DNA from: Strigamia acuminata
Lineage: Eukaryota
Direction: 5' to 3'
DNA length: 64,000 bases
Assembly: GCA_949358305.1 (NCBI GenBank)
Contig: OX442314.1
Location: forward strand, 23,436,001 to 23,500,000
Each line of letters opens with the position of its first letter. Position 1 is the first letter of the stretch. The notes beneath the pieces are model-generated. The model saw nothing but the letters and a program-made list of their open reading frames with translations, had not been told where the DNA came from and made no database searches. This document shows, one piece after another, positions 25,892 to 40,559 of the stretch. The translations under genes were made by a program, and so were the position numbers.

Positions 25892-28800
25892 GCACTTCGC
25901 ATTAATTATGAAGACATAAGTTAAAATGCTCCCGAGTCTCACAACATGAAGTCTTACCTTAGTCCTCCATAAACCAAATATGAATTCGTTGTCAAGTCAT
26001 TTTCTCCAATCGCTTAAATGCCTTCACCTACAGAATTAAACAAAAATTAATTCCAATTAAATTATGACACTTTAATTACACATATTCAGCCTATATATAA
26101 CAGCATTTAATTTCTTTTTAATTTCTATTCAATTTAGCTCGATAATCTTTTTTCCAAGAAGCAATTAAAGCCACTCTACAATTTCACCCAACTTTTAATT
26201 TCAATCCTAAAATAAACAATCAAAAATGGTTTGTCATTCGATGCAAGTCGCCCGTTTCTATTTATTCTTTTCATTCCCAACCTATATTTCCATTTACCCT
26301 AATACACATAATTTGAACGAACAACACCTGCAACTTTATTCACAACAAACAAAAAGTGCCATAACAACAACCCTGTGTTATTATATCTGCAACAAAAACC
26401 ACGAGGTTTCCGAAAGCGAATTTAATCCTCTCTTCACTTGTTGTGACAAGTTGATGATAGACTTAGTTGTGGGAACGGATTCCAAATGCACCGCAGAACA
26501 CAAGGTCGCTTTGCTCCAAACGCAAACAAAATGCACCTCCCAATCAAAAATGGCGAGGTCAATGTCCTTGTAAGCTGACCATAAAACTCGCACCTGACCA
26601 TCACGGTCTGATAACTCGCGAAAAGAAAAAGCGCACACGACTCGTGATATGCCCAACAAACATGAAAACTGTTCATTGTCTTTGACTAAACTCATCCTCT
26701 TAACTCTTTGCTTCCCACCACTCATCCAATTAAAAAATAAACCACCACTTCCACGCGCTACCTGATCCAAAATGGCGGATCAATTACAATTTATAATTCA
26801 AATATATTCTTTATGTAGATTTCCAATTTTTTTTCAAACTTGTTTCACTATCTCTACGTGCGAAAGACGAGGTGTATGGACTTTGGTGACTTCCGGTTCC
26901 TCCCTTACCTAAGGGCAGGGCTGAAACACTCTCTAGCTGTTATTCAAATGACAAACCGATTCCTTCAGCAAGGTGTTTGACTGAATGAGATCAATAAATC
27001 CGCGCAAAGGACGTAATTAATAACAGTATACCTGCTTGTCAATCGTACTACACTTAGGCCCAAAACCAGATAAAACTGCCTGCATTTTTAAATCATTTCT
27101 TCGTTAGTCAGTTCATAAAATCTAGATTATAATGATTCTAACTCAAAAGGAATCCGCACATTTATTGTTAATTTATTGTTAATCGAAAGCTAGATGCTAT
27201 TTTCCTAATTTTTTGGGTTTTATTAAATATATCTTATGCGGAAATCAAAGCAGTAGTTTGTGATTTAGGTCAAATAAAGAATACTTATTCGATTTGGTAG
27301 AAAATTGATGCGGCAACAAAATATTATTCTGAAATTCGAGAAATAGCTTGCTAGCCACAGCAGTCAAATTTCTTTTTTTTTAAAAATTCGATTTTGTCGA
27401 TTTTCTCAACAAATATTCCGTCAAATGCAAACTTTTCTACCAAATCGTTTGATTGTGTGTTAAATAAGTACTCCATAGTAAAATGGCAATTTAAAACCAC
27501 ATCTAAACAATCTAAATTCGAAAAAATGGCTTCCAAAACTGCAAAACTCGATCAAAATCGACGTATCTACACTTAAACTGCCTAAAACTTATCTATTTCT
27601 TCAAACCAATTTCCTAATGCAACTGATATATAGGACATCACGTCACAATCTAGTTGATTTGAAATTTTTATTTGACACTAAGTGTCTACTCAAACGTGTC
27701 CAGCGTCTTATATTCAAATGAAGTCCTTTTTTAATTCAATAATTATAATTTATTTCATGCCGACTCGCTTTGAATCGCAGTTACACCTAATTAAATAATA
27801 GCAGCACTTAAAATATCCGAACCAAACGTTTTTATTTTTAACTAAATAAACCACAGTAAAAATAAATAAAAAAATTACATTACTGTGCATATATGCAGTA
27901 ATTCAGTTCCTTAATCAAACTAGATCAAATTTAAATATTTTATCTTATATGAGTCATATTAAAACATTCAAATTATCTCGAAATACCTCCAAAGATGACT
28001 CCACGAAGATATTTTCTTAAAAAAAAATCCACACGAATAAATTACACCCAAAAAAAAATAATAAAACTTCAGAACAATCACCTTTGGAAGACACAAGACA
28101 TTTCACCAGAAGAAGTCAATGGGAAGCAAGAAGACCCGTTTTCTCATTCCTTTAAGCCCGAAAAAAAAGTACCCGGATGGGAACAACAAACAAAACCAGA
28201 AAAAAAAAAAAAATAGAAAAAAAAAAAAAAATAGAAAAAAAAAAAAACCCAACATGGAGGAAAAAAACTTCATTAAGCAACAAACTGGCACTTGGTAATG
28301 ATGATATTCCTCAAAAGATAATTACCTATAGCACTTTATCATTCCCATTCAATTTTTTTGCACCTCTTTCTTGAAAAATCAAAACATCAAAAGAGCAATT
28401 TATGCCTACATTGTACATACAATATGGAAAAGATTTTTTTTTCTTTCCCCTTTATATCCATTTTTTTTTAAAAATTTCTGACACAAAAGCCACTCCCAAC
28501 AAATCCATCATCATCACTGCACTGCATCACACGTGTGGTCTTCTAAGATGGCATCCAAACACTGATCACTTTAAAAAATAATCCCGCAGGAAAAATTGAA
28601 TTTCTCACAATGCAAATTAAAAATAATATTAAAAATATACACGTCGCGAGAGGTCAATTTTCAAAGACAAAAAATTTGTCTTTCACTTCCCTCATCAAAA
28701 GCCACCGCTGTACTTGACAATATTGTTGTCCATGCAAGCACACTCGTTCGCTTGTTCCTTGTTCGTGAACAAGTGGTCACGAAAGGGTTAATAAGGAAAT

Positions 28801-29292
28801 GACAAACAAGAATACAAACTTGATTGTATTCAAATCATCGCAGATAAAACTTGATACGGCACCAAAAGGGATCAGTTACCCATCTTCATATATTAAAGAT
28901 CTCGCTCCACCCTTACCAGGCCTCCCAAGGCCATTCGACTCAATACTGTCCATTCAAATCGCGACTCCAACTCACTTCGGTCACTTCACCTTCGCAACGA
29001 TTTCTTTTTTCGTGACCATTTCAAACCTTCGCGACTCGAGACACATTTAAAAAATAAAAACTCGTCGGATTAACAAATCCGCTTAAATGTATTAAGTTGA
29101 TTGATACCCTCGTTTTCACTTCGGAATATGACGTCACATTTTGCTGAAGTTAGTTCATTTATTTTGCTTAACTTTAAACAAGATGTTGTGTCGCTTATTT
29201 TCCTTAACTTATATTAGGTAATATGCGGTTTGCGCATGCTCAGTTGAACAATCATTCAGATCTCAGCTGCGCACAAGCAAGCGCATTAGTAA

Positions 29293-29548
29293 TACCATAG
29301 TTCTTCGATTTAGACGCACACTAATTTGTGTTTTACTTCAATTTTAAAACAAAAATGACATCATTTCCTGTTTAAACCCATTTTTAAACTTAAAATACAC
29401 TTAAACTAAAATTGTTATTTTTATTTTTGTACCACCAAAAAAGTTTGATTCTAAAATTCAATTCGCCCTCGTGATTCTAAGCCACACCCCATTTTTAGCG
29501 ATGTTTATATAAGGAAAAAGGGCATCTTTGAATCGAACAAATATGGTA
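29293..29548. mobile_element. MITE family B (pogo/Tc1-like, TACCRTA termini), copy 1
   Basis: Termini TACCATAGTTCTTCGATT ... GAATCGAACAAATATGGTA; internal blocks (GCACACTAA, TTTGATTCTAAAATTCAA, GATGTTTATA) shared with the copies at 51376, 61172 and 63319. Confidence 0.65.
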
Positions 29549-31543
29549 ATAAAGTTTCACCTAAGAGCATTCAATAATAAGTCATGCATTACACCCATTT
29601 CACTTATTTTTATTCATTCAAGTAAACTTTAATTATTTGCTTAACCGATTTGAACGCACCTAATGTCCATGACTTGTCATATATACACCTTATCAAAGAA
29701 ACCTCATTTTTTTTTTGCACCTTTTCGTTCCATTCCTTTTCTATATTTCCAAAGAAAAAAAAATTATCCTCAATCACTCGCACTCTGTAATTATCCCAAT
29801 TTAGGTGTGACGCTCCTCTCCTACTATAAAAAAAAATTTCTCAAATTATCTCACTTTTTTTAACCCTCGGTGATCATCTTCACGCCCTTTAGCCTGAACC
29901 ACTAATTTCATAAATTGCTCCAATTTTTTTTACCCCTAAAACAAAAAAAAAAATAAAAACTTAAAAATGGCATGTCTGACACATACCAAATGCTGCTAAA
30001 AACTGCTAATTACCTTGATGTGCCAAGCCCAACATGCGTCTTTTCAATTTAACAAAACCTCAACGTGAAAAGCAAAAAAAGACGAAAAAAAATCACCAGT
30101 AAATTTCAGCCGTATAAGACAAGAAAAGCCCCATGTAAAATTAATCTCAAAGACCCAGCAATAAACAACAATCCAGGTGTGCCAGGTGCATCACGTTAAC
30201 TACCATCAAAAATGCCCAATTTACACCTGACATAACTCGAACTATAAATTAAGTCGCAAATAATAGAGTAAAAGGAGACAAAATAACCGTGGACAGTTAA
30301 TTTTTTTTTCCAGTCTCCCTTTCCTTTCCGAAACTTAGACGCAAAATGGCGTCTCACACGACTCTTGGACGAGAATTCCTGCAGGGCAATGGACATAACT
30401 TGAAGCCAATTACCTCCACAGTGGACAGGTCTCATCATGGGTGATTTAATCAAGTGAAGACACTTGACTTTCTGAAAAAAGCTCGCTTCATTTTACGAAC
30501 CGACAATGACAATAATTGCCGCCAGAGGGAAGTGGCAAAAAAGAATCTCCCTCTATAATGAACCTATTTATTATCATTTTCAGCACTAGGATTGCATTCG
30601 CTTCAAATTGTGCCCTCAGGAATCACAAACAATCATCAAAATAAGTCAAGAGTGAAAAAGGTTATGTGGTAAAATAATTAGAAAGTGCAGACACTAAATA
30701 ATTGCTTGCAAAACTATTTGTATAAATAGTATGTCGCTACACTCTTCATATCTTTAAAGGTCACTGCCTAGCAAAAGAATAAAGACTAAGGAATAGACAT
30801 TTATTCTTAAGAATATTCGCTAATTAAATTTATTCCTTTTAGTTTTCAATTACTTTACACTACTGTGGTTTTGTCGAAACCTTGCAGTCAAGCCCTTTAT
30901 TCTGCAGTCTTGTTGACTGTCTACTGCCCTCCAGATTGTGCACACTATAGAGTTTGTGTCCGGTATCTTGATGCCAAATTCAAACTGCGCTTCCCATTCT
31001 GCGCATTTGATTTCCTAATTCCTGCGGATTTGCCAATATCCTTTGGTTAAATCGATAGTACTAACTCATTAAAATTCCCCAATTAACAAAACTACTTTAC
31101 AGCATGTTACCAAAATATTGTTTCTTTATTTCCTTTGTGTGCAACAAGCTTGTCAATCGTCATGTTAAATGCACGCGCAGAATGGGATGCGCAGTTTGAA
31201 TTTGGCTTGAAGATACTTGGCGCAAACTGTATGTTAATACCATTAAAGCCCGTATCTTTAATTTTACTATTTAAAAACCTTTAGCCACACAAACATCTGT
31301 AATGAAATTTGACAAGATGGGATAAGGCATGCAATCAAACATAATCCCATGAGACCACACGAAATAATTATCAAATTCTTATTAATTTTAATGAAACGTT
31401 TTTTCTTTTTAAATCCTAAATTCCAGTATACTTCCACGAGCTACAGCTGTTATTTAATTAATTTAATTTTTTTTTAAAAAACCATTAATGATTCCTCTTC
31501 CCATAGGAATAACATGGAAGAAAAATGTTCAAATTTTCTTTTA

Positions 31544-31575
<32 letters not shown>

Positions 31576-33976
31576 TCACCAAATTAAACCTTAACATTAA
31601 ACTAATCAACTCGCTATTTCCCGATGATGAACACTGACGAACACGCACTTATCTTTAATATCTCACATCCTACACACCCCGCGACCACGTCTTTACTTCC
31701 ATTTCAATTTTAATTATATTGGTTTTATAAAACACACTGCAATAAGAGTGCATTTTCGTGATAAGCCGAATGACAACCCATTTCCAACCCTATGCTGACT
31801 CATTCTCATTACACACAGCATGCAAGTCGATGTATGAGAGAGGAAATCTTCCCATTCACACAAACCTACCTAGTGTTTTTGCTCACCAGGTGGGTCATCT
31901 TAGGGTGGGGTCAATGGCCCTTTCAATAGTAGCTCGATAGTATCACGCACAAGACAAGAAAAGAGGGAGAAAAAAATAAATAATGAAAAGAAGAAGAAGA
32001 AGAAACTCATCACCTTCAGCCACGCCCTGCAATACAGGACAACCTCAACACGTTTGAGACGGGCTCGGTAATTGAAGAATGCAACCATGGAGGACAGGAC
32101 ATGAACTCGAGCCTTAAAGAAAAAAAAAATAAACTTTATACTCTTATCAGAGATTCTAATCGATAGCACCAGGGGGATTTTTCAGTCTCTTCTTCTTTTT
32201 ATTCTTGCCGACAACTTTGTAAAACATTCATTTAAGCGTGCGTGTTGGAAATATATACTCAATCTCAGCTTTAACCATAAAAACTATCGTAAAACTCAAA
32301 ATGATGTGATGCAATTTCCAATTCAAAAATCTAAAGTATTAATTTTAACTTGGCTGATGTTTATCTAAAATGAATTAAGTAAAAATAAATCGCTTTTTAT
32401 TATATTTTTATTGCTTTGTATTTCAAACATTCAAAATTATATTTTAATAAAAAACTAGTTGTGCTTGCGCTTGAAGTAGGTGACATGGAAAAGAAGTTGA
32501 CATTTTACCTTTCTATTTTTTTTGTTTGAAGAACAAATTAATGGGGCAAATTAAAACCTTCACAGTTCTTTCTTTTAAATTAAATCAAAAAATACATGAT
32601 GGTATTTAAGGCGAGTTCAATTTTTATATTTCTATTTTTTTAAAGTCTCGGTCATTAAAAGTAGTACCATATTTCTGGCTATAGAGGCGCTTCAATTTCA
32701 GGGATAAATTTTTAGTTTTGAACACTTTCTTTGTATGTTACATAAGTGTTACTTACATGACACACATGCGACTTCTTTTGGATGTCGACACTGGAGGCAC
32801 TCAAACATTACTTTATAGCATTTCACGAAATACTAGCTGCATTCAAAAACTAAAATATTTTGTGTTTTACTTCAATTTTAAACCAAAAATGACATCATTT
32901 CAAATATGTTTCTGTTTGTCTTATCTCTTATGCAGCAATCGAAGGACGTTTGAATAGAATAAAAATGGACGTCAATGAAGCAACCATTTGTGTTTTAAAG
33001 AACTAAATTTTGTGCAAAATTAACTTAAACATTTTTTTTTTAAAAATCAACAATCTAAAAAAAATAAAATTATCAAATAAAAATAAAATAAACCAGATTT
33101 TTATTTCAGTATTTACTTCTCTTGCATTTATATATTTAAAATAATGTTTTTTAAAAAAAATAATAACACAAAAAAAACCTTGCTCTTCTTTGCTCCTCTA
33201 ACCCTCTAAGCTCCTTGTCTTTTTAAAATAAACGTTTTCCTTCCTTGTTTTATAAATGACAGTGGACAGAGGCCAGAGGCGGTATTAAACACAATGGAGG
33301 AAAAACATCTTCAATGAGAATTATAGGTTAAATGTATGCGGAGCATGTAATGGAAAAAAGAGAAGAAACGCACAAGATCAAAATGTCTGTTGATTAGCCA
33401 TAAAGGCACACCTTTAAAATTACCTTAACATTTTGAACCTTAAAAACTACACACGAGCAATTTATAATCCAGATGAGGACATGTGATTAGGCACTGCAAA
33501 ATAACCTCAAACAAACCTTCATACCCGCTTAAGGATCTTGTAATGAAGGAGGAGTAAAAAGGGTTATCAAATAGAATCATCATCCCACCCACGCAATACA
33601 CACACTGAATCATAATCTGATAAATTGCGCATGATTCATGTGTCATCTTCAAAATCTAGTAATTGCATGAAAAGTAGGCCCGCTAAGCCATGCACAACAA
33701 AAGAAATTTTCATCCATTCATATCCCCCTCCCCATTCCTTTTCAGGGAGGAGAAAAACTCCAGAGAATAAATACTACAGTTCGCGCCCGCTATTTTCATC
33801 CCATTCTGCACACTTGATTTCCTAATTTCAGTTTAATATTAAGCCAATACTAAAATAAAGTAAATAAACAAACAATAAAGTTATTTAGAAATAAATGCAT
33901 GCGCAGAATGTGATGAGCAAACTGTAGCTGCATACAAAAGAGTCATTAAGTCTGGTTTATCCAATTTAAACCAGTC

Positions 33977-34375
33977 TATACTCTGGCAGACCTTAAGAGT
34001 GGCCTTTCTCCCATTGGCCGAGCCATTTTACTGATACAAAAAAATAGACCAAAACACCAGAATTGCATTAGATGTTCAGACATTGTAATCTAACCTATTG
34101 TTAGGAAATTGTTTGCTTTCCTGACAAAGCAACCAATAAACGAAACAAAAATGTATTATGAAATGCAAACAACCTAAAACCTTATTTTATGAATTAAAAA
34201 AAAACATTTTATTATAAATCACAAATAAAATTTCAGCATTTTAATCATTATAATAATAAAAAAATTAAGAAAAAAACAAAACTACTTTTCCTGGTGGTAC
34301 GACACAGTCTGCAGATAGTAATAATGAGGCTGGGCCAATGGGAGAAAGGCCACTCTTAAGGTCTGCCAGAGTATA
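33977..34375. mobile_element. MITE family C (TATACTC...GAGTATA termini), copy 1; superfamily unassigned
   Basis: About 48-bp near-perfect TIR TATACTCTGGCAGACCTTAAGAGTGGCCTTTCTCCCATTGGCC(C/G)AGCC; interior homologous to 45877-46318. Confidence 0.85.
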
Positions 34376-34405
34376 AGTGCATATTTTTAGACAGCAAGTT
34401 GTTTC

Positions 34406-34456
34406 AAAACACCAAAAACACCAAAAACACCAAAAAACACCAAAAACACCAAAAAA
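34406..34456. repeat. (AAAAACACC)n short tandem repeat
   Basis: About five copies read directly. Confidence 0.85.
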
Positions 34457-34852
34457 CTTGTCTAAAATTATCTAAACTTGGTACAAATGTGCACAGCGCA
34501 ACTATATCGGCCGCCATTGGGGTTACTTAGGCCACCAAACTACGGTATATGAATACCAGATCGATTTAACTGTTCGTTTAAATATGTTTAGTCCCCATGA
34601 CGTTTTAAATTTCCAACTACCGATCAATTTTCAACATTATACGCTTAGCGACCGTATTTAATTTTAATTGCAGTTAATTCTTCGAATTCTCATCAACATT
34701 TGTCACAAGCTTCGTTTATTAAGAAGACCAAATAATAAACAATCCAATTGCGCAATAATAAAGGACGATGACAGAATTTCCTGGTGGCAAAGAATCGGCA
34801 CTTTAACTGTTGAATACTTATTTTTAGGGTCAGAGTACTCAACAAAACCAAA

Positions 34853-35770
34853 TTCCCACACATCACAAGTCCCTCGATATTAAATCAGGTGAGAAAACAA
34901 TACATGTTTTCGGTGCTATTACAGGTGACATCAATGACAGATATGCTCTCACGGCTATTAAACCTCGTAATTCAAAGGAATTCAATTTTTTTTATTATCC
35001 TTTAATTGCTATATAAGGGCGTGACTTGATTTCCACTCAAACATTTATTTACGTCTCACTTCTTCCTTAAACAAAATCAAAATTAAAACACAAATTTCCA
35101 CCTGAAACATCACAAATTGTTTATTCACTCGTCCCAGCACGCAATGCATACGACTGGACTCAGCCACAGGTGATCCAACGCATACAATAGTTGGCGTCAC
35201 ATGCCTAAGACAAGACAAAGAAATTCGGGGTCAAAGATGAATGCAGATTCAAATTTATCAATAATATCAAGGAAAAAAAATCCAACAAAAAAATTTCCCA
35301 ATAATATTCATTCATGCCAATCGCAACTTTAAAAAACAAAAAAATTAAAAATGTAAATTCATTTTCAAGAAAAGATGACACCAATAGAGAAGAAACTTCA
35401 TACCGCATACTGTGTAAGAGACAATGAAGTACCTGTCAAACACTTAGCACAGGTGAAATCACAGTTGGTTGAAGGTATATTCCCATCCCACGCGACCACC
35501 TTTCCCTTTAACCCTTTGTTCCCTCGACTCTATTTCATTATGTTTTACGAGACAAGTAGACCGAAGGAATTATTTTTCTAGGTCTTATTTAAACTTTTCA
35601 CTTTCAGGTCATCGTCAAAGCAAAAAAATAAATAAATAAAATAATAATAACAAAATAAAATAAAATCCAATTAGTTAGGATTAAGCTCCGAAGAAAATAA
35701 AAATAAAAGAAATTCTTACTAGCACTCGTTTTTTATATCTGATGACAGAGCAATGGAATGATTCCACCTG
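34853..35770. promoter_or_regulatory. Downstream cluster of a Su(H)/CSL site plus CAGGTG E-boxes, candidate enhancer
   Basis: TTCCCACA at 34853; CAGGTG/CACCTG at 34886, 34922, 35099, 35167, 35450 and 35765. Confidence 0.4.
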
Positions 35771-38674
35771 TTTGAACCTGTTGTAGCATCAACTCATTCA
35801 TATTCAACTCCAGACAAAACAAACCAGAAGTTGACTCCAGCCCAAAGGTGCTGAGCCACGTCAATCAAACCGTCCAACTAAACCTCTCCTCCAAACGATG
35901 ACCACAAAGGTTAACTTTAGAAAATTAAAAGAATTAAACCTAATTAAATTCATTTAAAAAAAAAAAAAAAACTCCTTTTGTTCCCGACCTCAAACATGTA
36001 AACACCAAATTACAAAAAATTAACTCCACCATTTGTTTGTAAACACGTTAATTTTTCTAAACTAAATAAATTCCCAAACAAATCTTGACCTTATAAAAAT
36101 AAAAGGAAAATACGAGATCGCCGACGGTTTTCCCCGAAACCCTTTAATGACACCGATGCACGTAAAAACGCATTCTACAATTCACAGTTTGTCAAATAAA
36201 TTTCAGCAGAAAAAATATTTCCTCATACTTAATGAGACCATCGTTACATTAAAAACTAAATATCTTTTTTTTTCGTAACAACTAATTGGTCATTTATACA
36301 TCTAAACCTCCTATTCTAATCATAAAATTCAAAATTACTGTTTAGCAACAAAAAAATAAGAGTTATAACGAAGAAAAAAAATCCAAACAAGAAAAATTTA
36401 ATTTAATTTAATTTTTACACTCAAAATCCACTATTGTTGCGAGCAAATAAGCCATATTGCGTTGCGGATGCGCACCCACACCTGAAAGAAGACTATGCAA
36501 CAAGGTGTGTTCGCCTCCAGGTGTGTAGGTGGGCAGATAGGACCAAGGTACAATTTTCATTTCTCTCGTCCTTTCGACCTCAATGTTTGTTTCTTGGGAC
36601 AATTGAAGAGGGAAAAAAGTGCTAAATTGAATACATTAGACCAACAATCTCTATACGGAGTAGATGGGTAAAAATCGGGTGAATGAACTCATACAAACTT
36701 GATTAGTAGTTCAAAATAAACCTTTTGTTTTCTCTTGGAGATCCTTATAATCGTGACTCGGCACAATACTGCCACGTGGCCCCATGATAAACCTTGTCAA
36801 TTAAAAAAAAGTCGGAGCGAACTAAACACACCTTTAAGGCTTACAACAGATTTAAAAATTCAATGCATGCATTCGAGTGAATCCTTGAAACTTAGAGTGA
36901 CATAATTACAGGACGAACCTATATTTCTTATTAAACATTTTGAGAACAAAAAATTCAAATAAGAAAAAAATAATAAAATTAGCACTTTAATCGATAATAA
37001 AATCCCACAGGTGGAGCCTTGGAATCCACTGTTAGACAGACAAGACAGGTGGATTTTTATTTTTAAAAAAAAAATAAAAAAAAAATACATCAACTGAGTA
37101 TTGGGATATAAATTTTTTTTTTTTTTTTTTTAAAAATAAATAAAATATAGAAAAAAATTATTTAATTGCATCTTTCATTTCAAGAAGAAGAAACTATGTC
37201 AAAAATATGTCTAGTGGATATACCCACCTGTCTTTATCACCTCCATCTGCACCTGTCTTATAATCTTATTACAAGTACTTACCGTATTATTACACACCGC
37301 ATCATTTTTCATTTTTCATTAAAAATTTATTTTAAAAATACAAAAATGTAATTTAAAAAAAAATATTTCCATAAAGTCATGTTTAACTTGCAGTTAACCA
37401 TGTTAAAAAGTCGTGCGCATGCCCACTGCAACTAAAAACAATAAACCGGCCGCCATTTTTAACGTTAGATCGAGACAAGCAGTTTAAATATGTTGTTTAG
37501 TCTAAATTACTTTACAAATGTGCCTCCTTTCAGGATAAATTTAATTACAACCAAATTAAAAACAAAAACGTTAATTTTTTTTCTTTATTACATAATTCGA
37601 AAAAACCAAAATAGCAAAGTTCGTTATTACCAGATGAAGCAGAGCATTGCCAACAATTTCTTTTTTTATATTCCAATTTCTTTTTTAAACCCACTGAAAA
37701 CTACTTCAATTCTCACAAGAAGTTTTCAATTATATACCAAGCCCTGTTCTGCTCCAAAATGGACCTCGCAACCGGAAGTAATGAGTTTACAAGACCAGGC
37801 TGGAAAAAAAAATTAGCCTGGAAGTGCCCTATACAACATTTTCTTTTTTGTTCCGATGCACTTGAAGACAACCTTGAAAAGATTCCTCAAGAAATGCACC
37901 TGGCTCATCATTTCCACCCTTTTCTTTCCTTCAGCTGTTGCTGATAATACGAAGACTATACCTGCATCTATAACATTAATTTACAGTGTAATCCATCACT
38001 TAGCATATAAAAAAGAACATATAGTGCTACGCCACATACTAAAAAGATTACTTCCTAGAAATCTTATCTGAATCTCACCTGCTGATGCAACATTATAATT
38101 TCCAAGCACCATAATTGTATTAGCCATTCAGGTAATTCAGGTAACTTATGACCATCCTTGATTTAACTAAAATTAAAAGTATACGATGTGGATAGGATTT
38201 TTTTTATTATTTATTTATGTCATCTCACTATAAAAATTAGCCAATCGGACTTGCGCGTGGGAAAATAGGTCAACATAAGTGTCTAAAGATCTTTTATGCT
38301 GTCTTTTTTTTGTTGATTATGTGACAATTGAAGATAATTTTGAAAAAAAATTTTTTTTTTTGAAATTGTAAAAAATAATTGTAAAAGTACGAAGGAAAAA
38401 AAGCTTGAAAATTTTAAACTTTTGAAAAAAAAAATTATGAAAAAAAATCTCAAATTTTCAAAAAAATATACAAAAAATTTGAAAAATAAATAAATAAATA
38501 AATAAATAAATAAATCATAAAACTTTTGAAATGTAAAAATATAAAAACTTTGAATTTGTTTTTAAAAAATATAGGATTTGCAATTTTTAAAAAAATATAA
38601 AATTTGAGATTTTGAAACAAATTCTAAAAACTTTGAAATATTGAAAGAAGCAAAAAAAATAAAAAATAAAAAAA

Positions 38675-38760
38675 ATATATATATAAAATTCTATATATTC
38701 TATATTCTATATATTCTATATAATTCTATATATAATATTGTATATATATATATATATATA
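38675..38760. repeat. (CTATATATT)n and (TA)n low-complexity repeats
   Basis: Direct reading. Confidence 0.85.
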
Positions 38761-40430
38761 CGGTATAGAAGTTTTGAAACATTTAAAAACTAAATGAAAT
38801 AGAATTGAGGTCTTCAATGAGAAATTATACTTGTCAAACATTTCAACATAATTCCATTAATAACATTGATTTCTAAATCAACATCGCAACAAAACCCACA
38901 ACCTAATTTCTTTTTCATCACCCCAAAAACAACAAAACACTTTCCAAATCCATTATTTAATTCCACTAAACACAATACCCAGATATCTAACAAACTTTAT
39001 CCTCGATTTCAATAAACACAACGAAGCTATCATTATATCCCACATAATAATCATCACCAAACGTCCAAAAAAGTCCGTTCGAAAGTCATTAGAAGATTAA
39101 CTCATTTCTTACAAGAGAAAGCAGACGGAGCCTCCGACCTTGACTAGTCTGATGCACCTGTCACAGGTGAAAAGACCCGTATCTGCCAGCATAATAAGTT
39201 ATTCCACGCACACTTATGAGAAATTTATAAAGCGCTGAATGTGTTATTGATAACCTATAGGCGTCTTCAATTTCATAGGTTTCACCTGGGGTTTTCACCT
39301 GGGCGACACACGTCACCCGTGATGAATGACTTGCTTCCACCTTTGCCGCCCAATCTGTCAGGTTTGCAAGAATCTCCCCGTGCTTCGAACAAGGACTCCC
39401 GTCTTGGCTCAAAATCCTACGCAACTTTTAACTGATTTATTATCCTGTTCTCGATTACTCATGGATGTGTTTCCATTTAATTCATATTTCAACACACATT
39501 TCAATACGCATGCGTAAGTAACAGCTTTCTGTACGCTCAAAAAGTTAAACACAAAAAAACCCATTTAAATACAATGTAAAAATAATTCAAAACAACAGCT
39601 TTTAAACGTTCAAAAAAATGAAAACAAAAATTTTCAATCCATTTTAAACGCAAAAAAAAATTAATTCAAAACCCAAAAAAAAAAAATTAAAAAAAAAATT
39701 TTCTAATCCATCCATTCTAAGCCCAAGACCAAACCGCATCTCATACACCCCTATTATCTCTCATCTTTTCCCTTTTTTTGTCCACCCTTTAATTTTTTCA
39801 ACCTAAAAACTCATCGCTTAAATCTCGTCACACTTGGATACAGGTAGCTCAGCGACCTTGAATATAATTCTACGACGCACCTACAAACTGATTTATCCCC
39901 TGTCACACATTACAGGACACATACGAGAGGAGGATCATCTGCCTACACGAAAAAGAAAGTAGTCAAATTTCAAGGTAAGCCAAGCATCAAAACTCCACAC
40001 ACAAATAATTAAACACAGAAAAATAATAAAAATATAAATAAAAAAAAATAAAAAAATCATTTCATTGTCCATTATTTAACCTCACACAATCGCTGTACAT
40101 GTGCCAACTTTTTTTTATTGCCCACTGGTATACTTTGCACGAAGTCTCATACGCCATCTTAGTAATTAAAGAAAATCTCTCCAACAAAAAAAAACATGTT
40201 AAAAAAGGCCGCTGATTCACATGATAGCATCCATCCACAATTGGGCCACCAAACAAAACCCAAAAAATACACACACGTGCACAAAGCCCTTAAGATACTT
40301 CCCGGCACATCCTGCAAGAATTTAACATTTAAAATTGTATAATTTAAGGCAAAATAGAGCACGAGCAAAAAATTTATTTATGTCACACAAAGAAGAAAAA
40401 AGATATATTTATAAACACCGTATGCATATA

Positions 40431-40559
40431 CAAACTCTTTACAACGATAATTCGTTGTATCGAAATGTTTTAACACGGTGTTCTACGGCCAACCATTTTT
40501 AGGTATTCGTTACATCGATAATTCGTTATATCGCGATTCATTATAAAGAGTTTCGACTG
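40431..40559. mobile_element. MITE family A, copy 2 (small deletion in the left TIR)
   Basis: TA|CAAACTCTTTACAACGA ... TTATAAAGAGTTTCGACTG|TA; aligns with 7786-7941. Confidence 0.85.

Noticed and set aside
38236..38800. AT-rich AAATTTTGAA-type block resembling 55330-55631 in reverse
   Set aside because: The similarity is mostly low complexity and boundaries cannot be defined.
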